Assembly (NCBI RefSeq): GCF_006345805.1
Contig: NC_043001.1
Coordinates: 100,440,001-100,504,000, forward strand
Length of the DNA stretch: 64,000 nt
Direction: 5' to 3'
DNA from: Octopus sinensis
Lineage: Eukaryota
Below are positions 50,190 through 63,874 of the stretch, piece after piece. The notes beneath the pieces are model-generated. The model did not search any database. It was not told the DNA's origin and saw only the letters and a list, made by a program, of their open reading frames with translations. How positions within the stretch are numbered: the first letter of the stretch is position 1; each line of letters begins with the position of its first letter. Both the position numbers and the translations under genes were made by a program.

Positions 50190-50950
50190 CAGTCATGACT
50201 GTGTGGTTAAGAAGTTTCTTTCTCACTCGCATGGTTCCGGGTTCAGTTCTGCACTGCGCACATTTGGCATTTGTCTTCTAGAGCAGTGCTATTCAAAGTG
50301 GTGGTCCATGCACCAGTGCTGGTCCACAAGCCATCAGTTTCTGGTACACTGCAAGTTTCCAGAGAAGAAGGAAACATTATAAAATGCTAATAAAATGCTT
50401 ATGTAATATTGTATTATTTGTTTACAAAATAAATGTAAGATAAAAAAAAATTGTCGTCTTTTATTATATTCATTGTATATATTGTTTCTGGTATAAGAAA
50501 TTATTACTGGTCCTGGCACATTGGGAAAAAAAACAAAAAAACTGTAGGTATGCCACTCAGATAATTTGAGAAGCACTGTTCTAGAGAACCCCTCAGCTGA
50601 CCAAAGCCTTGATTGAAACTGAACAAAGGTATCAATCATATTTGCTTGTGTATATATGTATAAGTATGTGTATGTACTTATGTGTGTGTTTGTTTTTGCC
50701 TTTTTGTCTTAACATTATGTAATAGTTGTAAACAAGCATCACCATCATACAAGCAGTGTCGTTCATTTCCAGTCTTCGGTGGAAACATGACTGGTCAAGG
50801 GGAAATATGATCTTACTTGGAAAGAAGTAAAGGCTGGCAACAAGAAGTCCATCCAGCTCTGGAAAATCTCTCTCAATGAATTCTGTCTGAGCCATGCAAG
50901 CATGCAAAAGTGTATCTTAAAACAATTAAGATGATCATGATGATGATGAT
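50190..50950 (+). mobile_element. Older SINE with a family-A-like head and RTE-like (GAT)n tail, split by a hAT MITE
   Basis: Head CTGTGTGGTTAAGAAGTTT...GGGTTCAGTTC. The sequence resumes CTGACCAAAGCCTTG after the MITE and ends ...CATCCAGC...CCATGCAAGCATG...(GAT)n. Confidence 0.6.
50284..50578. mobile_element. hAT (Charlie-like) MITE
   Basis: TIRs CAGTGCTATTCAAA / TTTGAGAAGCACTG. Perfect 8-bp TSD TTCTAGAG (50276-50283 and 50579-50586) matches the Charlie NTCTAGAN target preference. Confidence 0.9.
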
Positions 50951-51208
50951 GGTGGTGATGAGCAAGCGTGCGTGCGCGCGCACGTGTGCGTTCGTGTGTG
51001 TATATGTAGACACACATGGTCATGTAGTGTTTCTGAACTGCTTCTCCTTCGATATGATCCTGGATTTCCAAGTGTATATATTTACACAAGAATCTGTTGA
51101 TACACTTAATGGCAATTTTTTAGTGGAGCACATACAAAAGTATATTATATATATATATATAATATGTCTACTTATGTGTATATGTGTGTGTGTGTGTGCA
51201 TATGTATC

Positions 51209-51342
<134 letters not shown>

Positions 51343-54300
51343 CATACACACAAACACACATACGCACACACACACAAACACACACATATATATATATATA
51401 TATATTTGACGCATTCCCTGCACGATTCATTGATTGTGTATATATTGAAACATGTTTTTCTTCTAAATATGGTGATATATATAATTTGATGCTCATAATA
51501 TACATTGTATTTTACAGAACAACATGTTGTTTTCCATTATTCTTATAAATGTGTGAGTATGTGTGTGTTTTGTGTGTGAGAATATACACGTGTGAATGTA
51601 TGTATGCATGTATGTAAACAAAGAATTCATATGCATGTGTGTATTTGTATATCTGTATGTGGAAAAATGGACATTAAATGATGATGACTGTATGTGTGTG
51701 TGTGTGGTGTGTGTGTGTGTGTGTGTTATTTGCTTCCAGCTTTTCAAAACAAACACCTACTCAATTAACAATGTTCTATTCTGTTGAGTTTCTCCACTGT
51801 TAAATGGATGGAGTTTTAGATAAAAGGACCATTTTCCTCTTTTCTCTTAAAACTCATATGACTACTTTGAGAAGAAAACCAAAAATTGCAGCAGAGAATA
51901 AAATATTAATCTCACAGAGCTCACAGGCATCAACACTACATATTTTTGAAGGAAAAATTCTTGATTTGTAAATTCTGCTTTTCTCTCTTTCACCTGAAAT
52001 TATATATTACTTTCTTTTTGTTCCACTTCCATTTGTAATGTGTCAAAATTCTTGCTGCATTTCATCTGTGGAATCATCAGACAACATTAAACTATTTGCC
52101 TTATTTTGATTATTTTTACTTTTAGAAAAATATTTTTGGTGGAACTCTGCTCAAATATTGCAAGAAAAATATTATTACCATTCGTTAGCATAAAGTTTCG
52201 TTCAGAATTGAAAACTTGCTGGATTTGACTTTGCTTTTAATTAATCCAAATATAAAAAATTAACTACCAGTAATATATGTTGGTAATTTTGACAATATCT
52301 CTTCCAAATACAAAAATTAACTTGGTGTGTGTGTATATATAAAGTCAATTTCCAAACATTTGGGGTTAATTTTTAAATTAAACTTGAATAAGTGAGAGGT
52401 GCAACTTGGATCGAACTTGAATATGAGATTTGGTGAAGTTATGAAGATGTTCAGGTTTGGTTTTAGGTCAACCCATAAAAAACACATTTCATGATTGAAG
52501 GGGCTCCAACCATAACCATCACATCTGTTTTATCGATCATGTGTCATGAAACAAATTATTCAATGCATCTTTTTGTTAGAGGAATGATTGTAGGGAGATT
52601 TGGTAGCCTTTTCTATCCAAGAATGCAAAGGTTTCTGCATTGATTCAGGAGAATGCTTTCATATTTGTTGAATGTTTCTCAGTTTTTTTTGTTTACAACA
52701 CTGTGCCTCTAACGTCAACATTTAACTCACCTAATTCTATAAAAATAGCAGGAAGCTATAAAGACCCACCAATGTAAATAATAGTGGAACTGCATATAAT
52801 GGTTTTGTATCACTGCATAAAAGCCAAGTAAATGTATTTGTGAGTAGAAGATCATTATTTTGATAAGTCGTTCATTATCACACCTGTCTCTGTGCACTGA
52901 CCATCTTTTAACATAAATATTAATAATGTATACCATTAAAAATCAGATCCATATCCGATGGTGAAATATAACTAGAAAAACACAATTTCACCTTTATTAT
53001 TTAAAAGCAGGACTTAATCTCTTCTATTCAGATTATCTCAGCATGAGATAATCTGAATACCACTGTGTTTAATTTAATAAAAGTGCTCCAGGGATTCACT
53101 GAAAGGGGGAGAGAATGATGAATCCATTGGTAAAATAACCCTTATGACCAGGAATTCACAACAGAGAATGAGCTCAGTACAATTGCATGATGCTGCACAT
53201 GATGCTGCACAGGACATAAAAGGGATGTGTGAGGACCCTGTTGAAGGGATGGCAGTGCATTGCTTCACCAGATAAGATGCTGCAAAATCAAGCCCAAGAA
53301 TCAAATTACAGTGCCAAGGACATCCACAACTTGATTCAGATGAAAAATTGGTACAGGCTCTTCAGAGCAGACGTTGGTGGTGAGATGTTAACATAAAAAT
53401 GCAGTTCTACCTTTATTGGTAAAATGCAGAGTTTAATTTCTTCTGTTCAGATGACATCACCCTCATCTCCCTCCTACGCTAACACGATTATGTTTAAACT
53501 ACGTATTATAGCTTAGCTTCATTTGAGAGTCTTTGCGAAGCGAAAAGACAAATATGATAATATAATTGTTTTTGAAAGAAATCAAAGCATTAGATTTGTC
53601 TCTAGTAGAACTCTAGATTTGTCAATAACAATTCTAAATGTCTTGGAAAGTTTGTTAACTTGGATGCAAGCATAATGTTGAGTAAAATTTCAGTCTAGAC
53701 CAGAAGAAAGTCTTTTGGTCTCAGCAAAGTCTCTAATTTGGTTATAGTTTCTGTTTCTTCATTATTATTCAAGCCAAAGAGGATGAGGAAAAGTTCTCAT
53801 AGATCTTTGAATGGTTCCAGAATCATGCTGATTATGGGATTCATATGCATATTGAAGTTTTGCAAGATGATTGGAGGATAAATAAGGATAAGAAAGGAAG
53901 CTTTGAGCTGTTTAGAACTGAGAATTGGTGATTAAGACAGAATTCAACTGAAAAGAGGAGTGGCATCTGGGAGTTGTGGTTTGAATTGTTCACAGAGGAT
54001 CAAATATTATTTAAAAAGTGTAGAGGTGACAGGTTGGCCAATATGGCCCTTTTAGGGAGCTATAAGCTGCAGTGTGTTGAGGGGGCATACTTATCAGATA
54101 CAAATCAACAACTGTAGGATCCCTGATGTTAGAATCCAAGAAGTAATCCATTGGTAATCCAGGTGGAATGATTGTAATGCTTATCTATCAATTGGATGGA
54201 ACTTACTTTTGGATGTGGTCTCAAATATTTGCTGGTGCAAAAGCCATAACTTGCAAAATATGTGAGCTAAATTTTAACATGGAATGCATTTGAACCTTGT

Positions 54301-55426
54301 AGAGGTGGTGGTGGTGGTGGTGGTGGTGATGATGATGTGGTATCAATAGCTGTTCAAAGCTGAAGTATTTACTAGTCCTAAATGTGGAAGTGTAGTGCCT
54401 TGCTTACTAGGTTTTTGTATATCATCTCTATGTGATTTCTATGAAAGGTCAGAAGAGAGTGTGTGTCCTAATATTTGTCATAGCACATAGGAGGGTTTTA
54501 GAATGAGTTAAGGCTTTTCTAAGCATATTTGCACTGAGGTAACTATTTTACTTTTGTTTACCTTATATAGTTTTGGAAAAAAGATCACAAATCTTAGGCT
54601 TCGTAGCTATCAAGTAATTAATAAGAAACCATACCAAGTATTTCTCTAGAATTTTGTGTAAATCTCACAGTATAATGCTGTTACTTTGTAGTAAAAAATG
54701 CTAGCTTCTGCTGTGTTTTGATAATTGAATCTGTGTTTCATGAATTAGTAACTCTTACTAAAATTTTAATGAGTCGCCAGCAGGAGTTAAACCCTCGGTT
54801 TAGATTTTATAAATGGCCTTTCATGCAAGCTCTGAGGATTTTTACAGAAATGTAGAGGTTACAGGAGTGAAATGCAAACTTGTTATGAGGAAAAAAGAAA
54901 ATTCTGCTGAAAATAACTTTTGCTTTTCATAATTTATAAGATAAATTTACGTATTGAGTATGAAGATAATGTACACTGCAAATTCCTTGTACATCTTCTC
55001 AACGGTTAAAACTGTCATTCATGTTCCAAGTCTGTAGTAGATTCTTAATTTCCATTCTGTGTTACACATTGAACCATTATTGAGGGTTCCAATAGTGTAT
55101 TATTAATAGTTAAGAAACCCTCATTCATTCCCTCTGCAGCACAACATGGATGACCCCAAGGGAGGGAAAAAGGGAAGAGAGAGGGGGGAAAAGAGAGAGA
55201 GAAGGAAGAGGGAGGGAGAGAGAGGGAAGGAAAAGTGTGAGCGAGGAGAATCAACTCCAGTGCTTTTACTGATTTTTCATTTGTTGATCCCAGAAAGATA
55301 AAAGACATGGTTGACCTCATCAGGATTTGAACTCAGAGCATAACCTGCCACAATAAATACTGCAAAGCATTCAACCTGATACAAAAGCAATACTACCAGT
55401 TTGCTGCAGCTTTAGTATTACTTAGT

Positions 55427-55797
55427 GGAGGCACAATGGCCCAGTGGTTATGGCAGCAGACTCGCGGTCATAGGATTGCAGTTTCGATTCCCAGACCGGG
55501 CGTTGTGAGTGTTTACTGAGCAAAAACACCTAAAACTCCACGAGGCTTTGGCAGGGTGTGGTGGCAAACCCTGCTGTACTTTTTCCCCACAACTTTCTCT
55601 CACTCTTTCTTCCTGTTTCTGTTGTACCTCTATTTCAAAGGACCAGCCTTGTCACACTCTCCATGTCATGCTGAATCTCCCCGAGAACTGCATATGTTTG
55701 TCGGGTGCTCAGCCATTTGCACATTAATTTCACGAGCAGGCTGTTCTATTGATCAGATCAACTGGAACCCTCATCATCGTGACCAACAGAGTGTCAA
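55427..55797 (+). mobile_element. tRNA-derived SINE, family D
   Basis: A-box TGGCCCAGTGG and B-box-like GTTTCGATTCC. The 3' part is shared with 26480-26585. Confidence 0.75.
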
Positions 55798-55989
55798 GAA
55801 GTATTAATTAAATTTATCCCAAATCTAATTAATAGATCCTGCACAGACAGACTACTTCTTTACTTTATGCTTTTGCAACTTATTTCTATTTCCTTATGAT
55901 TATAAACTTTAAATAATTCAGAGTTTTTAATATATAATACTCTAAAGAGTTGTCCTAATTCTCAATTTTATTCTGCTTCTAGAGGCTGT

Positions 55990-56190
55990 GTGCGGCAGAA
56001 ACAGTGGAATACTGGGCAAACAAAAAATGCTTAACAGTATTTTGTTTGCCTTATGTTCTGAGTTCAAATTCTGTCAAGTTTGACTTTGCCATTCATCCTT
56101 TTGAAGTTGATAAAATAAGTACCATTTTGTGGTTGATATAACCAACCTATCTTCTCCCTGCAAACTTCTGGCCTTGTGCCATAATTTGAA
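55990..56190 (+). mobile_element. SINE family B, diverged
   Basis: GTTCTGAGTTCAAATTCTG...TGACTTTGCCATTCATCCTTT...AAGTACCA...GGCCTTGTGCC. Confidence 0.75.
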
Positions 56191-57641
56191 ACCAATATTG
56201 GTTATCAAAAATACATTGTGGTCTGTTGATTTGTTGCATGAAAAAATATTCAATTGTAATGTCTCCAAAATACTCTGATGTATGTACATGCGTGCATACC
56301 CATGTATGTGTGCACACATGCACATGCTCACTTGTACGTATGTATGCATGCATGTATATTTGTGTGTGTGTGTACATATGTGTGTGTGTTGTTGTCTCAT
56401 ATAATATTCTCTCTCTCTCTCTTTGTTTATACTGTCATTACAGCCCATATTTTCTTCTACCTGAATATAGGGTTGTTTCGAAGAGAGATAATCAAGCAGC
56501 TATTTCTCCTTCCTGTTTTATATTCACATGGTTTATTTCCATATATAGGAAATTGTTCTGGACAGATTCCATTCCAATGTCATATGAATATGTTATTATC
56601 AGGTCAAAATGTTTCTTGGCTTTATAGATGTTGTTGCAATGAATTTTTAGGTCATAGGAAAGAAGCTGAGAGTAATATTGATTTTCATTGGATGAAAGTC
56701 AGTATATATATATTGGCCCACTATAATAGAGAGGTAAAATGGTTTACATCTAGAATGATCTGTGGCAGTGAGAGGGAGGCAATCCTTTTGAATATTTCTT
56801 TGAAGAATCTGATTGCATTGGTGACTTTTATTTTTTGAATTTAGTAGTTGCTGAGGAATTTGTCAATCTCAGAACTTTGTGACAAGTGTTCTTGGAATTT
56901 TTATATGGTGCTTTTTGCAGTGGAATAATACTGTTACATACTCACAGTGCTTGTAAGTAGAACCTGCTTAATGTATAAACTTAATGTTCTACCTGCTTAA
57001 TGTAACAGCCAAAGTTCTTTTAACTATCTCTGGAATGTGACCTACATATAAAAAGACATACATCTTAGTATATAACAACAAATCTGGTGAAGTCACTACC
57101 AGAATGACAATGAAATTATTAGGTTCAAAGAGCTGTAACGTTTCTCTGATATTATTACATCACAAGACATAGTTTTATATTTATAAGTATGGTAGGGTGT
57201 CACGTTTTGCAACTGGACGAGTTGAAGAAATTTGACAGATTGAGATTGAGCAAAAAACTTACTCTGTAGAGAAAATATCCTCTCTTGAGATGTTAAAAAA
57301 AGAAATCCAAAAAACTAAAATCAATGAAGAACACTTAAAAAGTTTTGATCAAAACTTTTAGGTAATGTAGATAGGTTGGAGAAGGTCTATCATTTTATTG
57401 TCAACTGGAGAAAGCAAAGAACATGTTTCAAGCTTGTTAGACCTCCTTAGCAAAGCATATTCTTCTTAGATAACAAGATTTGAGTGATCAGTATGTGTGT
57501 GTGTGATCTAAATTATTAGGTATGCTAGGTAAGTGCTGTAACGCATTACTGGGGCTCCAGTAAAGCCGAGATGGTAGTTATAGAGCCATTGCAGATTTCC
57601 AGTGCAGCAGATATATAATTGCTAAACAGGATGTCACACAT

Positions 57642-57794
57642 TAAGGCAAGGCAAACATCTCAAGTCATACAATATCATTATAGGAAGCAATTCAAGATCT
57701 TACAGATCGGGGATTTCCCAGAGAACAGCTGTAAGATTTTAAATTTCTTCCTATAATAGTATTGTATTTGACTTGAGATGTTTGTCTTGCCTTA
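57642..57794. repeat. 153-bp foldback element (arms of about 65 bp, 23-nt loop), MITE-like
   Basis: TAAGGCAAGGCAAACATCTCAAGTCA...ATCTTACAG (57642-57705) pairs with CTGTAAGAT...TGACTTGAGATGTTTGTCTTGCCTTA (57729-57794). TA at both ends. Confidence 0.8.
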
Positions 57795-57812
57795 GCATTT
57801 AATGTCCTCATT

Positions 57813-57844
<32 letters not shown>

Positions 57845-57872
57845 AGCATATATACGTACGTATATGTACATA

Positions 57873-57928
<56 letters not shown>

Positions 57929-59945
57929 TATGTGGGCACAGGACATCACAAAACATGTACAACAAAAAATACGAAGTACGAGTACATGGAATATGAACTA
58001 TTTTTCGAACAATGAAAAATACAAATGGAAAACAAGACAAACAAGATAAAGAACGACCCTTCGTCAGTTGTTGGCTGTTTTTCTACTCTTGAATTTCGAG
58101 CATTTAACAACAATATACGTTTTCGATAAAACAGTTGTTCCCATAAAGCAAATTAAATAAAATTTGGAATTTTGCAGAGGGTCAAAGCTGGTAATACAAA
58201 CAGGGCAGTGAAAACAAACAGGAAGGGCTGGTAAGCCTAAACGAGGTTGTGGTGGTGAACGTGTAAATCAAGCTTGGACAGGAGACAGACAGGAACATGT
58301 CTTCCTTGATCTAGCTACAATGGAGAGAAAGAAACACAAGTTAGGAGAAGAAAGATGACCGATGGTCACGTGGGAGTTACGTGAACAAAGGAGGAAGAGT
58401 GAAGGAGAGAGCAAGTGACAGACAGAGAGAGGAAAAATTGGAGATAGGATAAGAGAGGAAAAAAACAGGAGAGGGAGAAGGGGAGGTAGAAGAATAAGAG
58501 AGAAAAATGAAAGAGTAATAGGGTATATATATTGAGTCGAGACATGTTTAGTCACTAACCTGTCTCTAAATATGAGACAAGCAGCAACTAAACTGAAACA
58601 CCCTAGTGGTACATTCCAGAGGAGGAGGAGGAGGAGGAGGGAAGTTGGAGAAGGTAGGTAGTTAAAGCAACTGATAAAACCACAGAGTGGACTGGTGTTT
58701 GTAAGGGTAGGGAGTAGGGACCTTTGGTTGCCCATACTTGATCATATGTTGGTGGGGAGAGGGGAGTTGAGGGAATTGATAGTTACTGGTAAGATAAATG
58801 GGTATGCATATATGTGTGTGTGTGTGTGTGTGTTTGTATTTGCATGCACACATGTTTGTTTATGTGGCTACACCCATTTCCGTGTCTGTATGTATATATG
58901 TATATGTGAGTGTGTATGCATGTATATGTGTGTGTGTACGCTTGTATATGTATTTCCCTCTAAGAAGTTTAAATGTTTGAAAACAACAAATTCTAATAGA
59001 ATTAGTCTCTGGATGATACAGATAATCCAAATCAGAATGGATTTGGAATTTTGTGGCTAAGTGATAATACCAAAAGACTTGTTCTGCTTTAATTAGACAT
59101 CATTAATGAGGAATATTCAACTGCTTGATTGTTTTAAACTCAATTAGAAAGAATTTCTATCCACCTGTTGCTTGAATAATCTCAGCTGATTGAAGTGTTT
59201 CCTCTCACAACATTACATATGTGCAAGGCACTGTTATATTTGTATTTCATGGGCAGATTACTTCCCTGAAGTATTTCCCTCAACCAGAGAATTGTAGTTA
59301 TATGAGCAAGAAAGATTGTAGAAGAAATGTGCCACTTATCTGCTTGTTTGTCAGCGATTATTATAGAAGATCAAGCACAATGCTAGAGAAGCTGGCTATG
59401 ATACCTCTTTGCCTTTGTTATCTATCAGTTTTCTTTATTTTAAAGTAACAGTTGCTTTAATACTGCAACTTGCAGATGGCCAGGTTGATTAGCTGCTTGC
59501 TTATTGTTCAGAGAGACGACAGTTTAAGCTTGTCAAGAGGACAGTAATTTGTCTTGGGTAGTATTACTTAATTATCACTGATCCAACCATTGGGTGACCT
59601 TAGATATGCTCAGTAAATATCAACAGTTGTTAAAATGAATTTGTGATTTGTAAGCTAAAGTAATTTCCTTGGGATTCTGGGAGAGGCGATAAGAAAACAT
59701 TTACTTCTTTTAATCACCTTTTATCAAGAATAACATCCTCAGTGACCTCAAATAATACAACAGTAATAGAATATGTCGTTAGCGTTTTGGCTTTCTTTTC
59801 AGACTCAGACAAACTTGTTAATCATTCTAATCTTTGATGGTTTTATCTTCCATAAAATAATATTTTCAGATATGTTAGAATTGTTTAGTGACAACCAGGT
59901 TATAGATACATGGTAACAATTTTTTAGGTTTAATAGCGTCTTCTA

Positions 59946-60334
59946 TTTTTTACTTGTTTCAGTCATAAGAATGTGGCCATACAGGAGCACTGCCTTGAAG
60001 CATTTTTTAATCATGTGAATCGACCTCAGTACTTATCTTTTCTTTAAGTCGGTTACTTATTCTATCAGTTTATTTTGTTGAACCACTAAATTATGGGGAT
60101 GTAAACACACCAACAATGGTTGTTAAGCATTGATGAATGACAAACACACACACACATACATTTATGTATTTATGACAGGTGTCTTTCTGTTTTCATCTAT
60201 GAAATCCACTCACAAGGCTTTGGTCAGCCTGAGGGTACAGTAGAAGACACCCGAGGTGCCACATATTGAGACTGAACCTGAAACCATGTGATTGGGAAGC
60301 AAACTTCTTAATGGTGCAGCCATACCTGCACCTA
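59946..60334 (-). mobile_element. SINE family A, full length, diverged
   Basis: Reverse complement of family A from tail to head. Confidence 0.8.
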
Positions 60335-61131
60335 TATGCATGGACCCAAAAACAGGGGGTGCTGGGGGTGCACTTACATTCCCTAAAATTTTTGTGGCAT
60401 ACAAAATAAAAATGTTCACCCCTGCTTACTTTTCTCAGGTTTAGCAAGCGTAAGTAAAAAAGGTGATCAGTAAAAAGTACCTTGAATTAGGTTTCTTCTC
60501 AAAGAAAAAAGAACATAAATAAATAAATAAATAAATAAAACATGAGTTTATTTCTAAAAATTTTGGGGCCTCGGTTTCCACTCACTCAGTAAATTTCATT
60601 TCTGAGTCAGTGCCTGTAAGTAGACATTTTGAGATTTAATGGTGTGTCATTATTATTATTATAAAATACGTTTTTAAGAGGCTGTCATAACTTACTTCGG
60701 TTTCAAAATGCAATCACAGATCAAATCTTGATAAACAGACTCAACCACAAAACAATATTTATTGGTGAAGCTACCTTTGTAGAATTTTTATGGCTTAATG
60801 CTGTCGTGAATTTACTATTAGTTATGGTGCTTTGATCATTTTGTTTTTACATAATTGATTACTTTTCACCAACCTCAAATAATGAGTAATTTAATGAGCC
60901 AATGATGGAGTTTCTAACTTACTAAGAACGACCTGGCAAATCTCTTTCTGATCACACCATCTTTAGAAAGGAATGATGTATTGGACAAAATAATCATTGC
61001 TAGGCCAAAAAAAAACCCCAACTAAAACAACAACAAAAAGAAGTAAACAAAACAAGATATTCATGGCTTAAATATGTTTGATCATAGTTGTACCCAAGGC
61101 TAAACAACAAGGACAACACTTTGGTTAATGT

Positions 61132-61359
61132 GGAACTGTTTAGCATTTAAACTGCCCAAATGAGAGCAAAATATCTGAGCCGTTTTATGCTCAAACCTAC
61201 CAGATCTGGCCTCTCACACCTATCCTACAATGTCATTCTGAAAATAAAGAATCATACCATTGAAGTCTTGAAACTATGAGATAATACATGATTAATTCGA
61301 AACTATGTGAATAAATAAGGATCACATTTGACAGAGGAATCTAGATGCTAAAGGGTTAA
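61132..61359 (+). mobile_element. piggyBac-like MITE
   Basis: Right end ATGCTAAAGGGTTAA (CCC terminus plus TTAA). The left end GGAACTGTTTAGCAT is a decayed inverted copy. A related copy lies at 32545. Confidence 0.55.
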
Positions 61360-62084
61360 ATACCTTATCTTTGTCTATTAACGATATATGTACCCATGGC
61401 TTTTGTGATGTAGTTTTAAATGCATAATACTATGGAGATTCGGTTGAAGAATAAATGTTTCTAGTGTTTGAGAAAGAATTGCTAAAGCATCTGGCAGAAT
61501 GCTTTGCAATATTAAGTAAGGTGGTTTTATATTATGAGATAAAACCCTGCCAAAGAAAACTTCATCTTATCCCTTCAGGAGTTGGAGAGATTAAAGTAGA
61601 AGTCAGGTTGTGAGGTTGATATAAAGTAGCAAATATCAACCCAAGGAATTTTACCAATTTTTGCCTGTCTCAGAGTTGCAATAAAGCTATGTCAGTGACC
61701 AGGTCACAGCTGTGTGACAAAAGGTTTGAGATTTCCTCAAATAAATCTGAAGTTTATTGAAACAGCTTTGTTTGTTATTAAGCAACTAAAATGACATATG
61801 ATGTAATTGCTTCAGTTTCAACACACAATCTCAGATCAAGTAACTTGCTAGACAACAATGACTCTGAAATCAGAAACCCTTATTGTTTCAAAGTTGAAGC
61901 TAAGGACCCATATCTGTGTGATTAAAAGGTTCACTTAAAAATCACTGATCTCTGGGTTGACTCCTTTGACATGAGTTTTCTGCTATGATTTCAACCAAAC
62001 TATAGTCTTACGAATGAAATTGAGTAGACATCCATCAGATGAACTCTATATGTAAATTTGTTTTCAAATTTTGGCAAAAAAACA

Positions 62085-62275
62085 GTAATTTTAGAGGAGA
62101 GTATGTTGATTACATCGATGTCCCGTCCTCAGGTACTTATTTTATCACCTTCAAAAGAAAAACAGGCAAAGTTGACCTCAACTGAATTTGAACTCAGAAT
62201 GTAAAGATGGACAAAAATAAAATGCCACTAAACATTTTTACCAGGCATGCTAACACTTCTGCCGGCTCAGCACCT
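62085..62275 (-). mobile_element. SINE family B, diverged
   Basis: GGTACTTATTTTATC...GGCAAAGTTGACCTC...GAATTTGAACTCAGAA...CTGCCGGCTCAGC. Confidence 0.75.
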
Positions 62276-62942
62276 TCAAGTTCGATTAGTAAATTTGAAG
62301 GTCAAACATTGTGACATTCTGAGGCACATTGATTGGACGTGAGGATTGTTAGAGGTTTAAATCTCTATGGAATGCCCTCTTTTGCTATAATCCAGTGATT
62401 AGGGTGACTTCATTCATCAAACAACTGGAAATCAAAAAATCAAAGAGAGAGAGAGAGAGAGAGAGAAGAAGAGAGAGAGAGAGAGAGAGAGTCTATTAAA
62501 TTCTTCTAGAAACTCATCTGACATTTGTTAATACTATAAAGAGAATGATACTTCTACTTGCTTTATTAATGTTGTTCTCTGTTAAAATTGTCAATGATGT
62601 AATAGTTTTGAGTGGAAATAATTGCTTTTGTTATATAAAAGTCTTTTTTCCTTGCATTTATTGAAGAAAACAGTAAATAAAAATACCAAGAACGAAGAGA
62701 CAGGTAATGGCTTGGAAAAAATATTCACTAAATATTGGCAAACTGTCTCATAGTACTGGGTGTCATGTGTGTTGTGTTTTTTCATGTGGATGTGTGTGTG
62801 TATGTGTGCGTGAGAGTATGTGTGCAAATATATATATATATACATACATGTGTGCATGTGTATGTGTTTTTGTAAGTATATTAAGCTATACATGTCTACC
62901 ACTAAGATCATGCTCTACGCTTCTTAGTTTCTTGCTGAGGAT

Positions 62943-63012
62943 GTACCAGTTACTCTCTCATACTCATATTGCAGGCAGTACCAGTTACTCTCTCATACTC
63001 ATATTGCAGGCA
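62943..63012. repeat. Perfect 35-bp tandem duplication
   Basis: GTACCAGTTACTCTCTCATACTCATATTGCAGGCA twice. Confidence 0.95.
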
Positions 63013-63035
63013 TATACAATATATAATATATATCC

Positions 63036-63092
<57 letters not shown>

Positions 63093-63095
63093 AAC

Positions 63096-63738
63096 ACACA
63101 CACACATATAATATATATGCACATATATATATTTTATGTATATACATATATACATATATACACACACATGCACACATGTGCACACACACATGCATATGAA
63201 AGAAAACAAAGTATGAAAGGTTGTTTATAAGATGTTTAATTACATCACCTTACATACAATTCACTGGCATAAAAGGTGATTATTGGTTACATAGTGTAAA
63301 TTTACAAATTACATAATCCACACTTGCTGCTAAACTGTCAGAAATGTGTAAGTTTACACACCACTCCCTTGCACAAATGCATACACCCACATTTTTTCAA
63401 GACATTTTTGATAGTCACTGAATGCTCAATATGCTAAGATAGAGCTACAACAATATAATTGTAAGAATACACATGCAAAATATATTAGGAGGTACAAATA
63501 TTAATACCAAAGTAACATTTAAACTTTACCGCAGGTATATTATTTTTCAATTTCATTTTTCAATCCTTTTAATGAGGTGAAAGAATTTGGTTCCTATCAC
63601 AGTCCTCTATAAACAGCTTTAGACTGTTCCATGTTTTTGGCGGAGAAGGTGTAAGGAGGTTATTATATGAACCACTTTTGTCACTGGACTATTGAATCAT
63701 GGAGGACAATCATATGTGTATATGTGTATAAATATATA

Positions 63739-63773
<35 letters not shown>

Positions 63774-63841
63774 GCTAGCATGGAAAACGGATGTTAAACA
63801 ATGATGATGATATACATACATACATACATACATACATACAT

Positions 63842-63874
<33 letters not shown>

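Noticed and set aside
52727-52972. Minus-strand 69-aa ORF ending at a GTGAGT donor-like site
   Set aside because: No recognisable homology or partner exon. It would need transcript evidence.
55427-55505. tRNA gene candidates here and at other SINE heads
   Set aside because: No complete cloverleaf. Each continues into a SINE body.
57930-58790. Possible PLE-like repeat with CTGACGA on the minus strand near 58060
   Set aside because: No correctly placed GAAAC or stems, so the family cannot be assigned by eye.
60336-60616. Possible hAT MITE
   Set aside because: The terminal match is weak and no TSD is visible.
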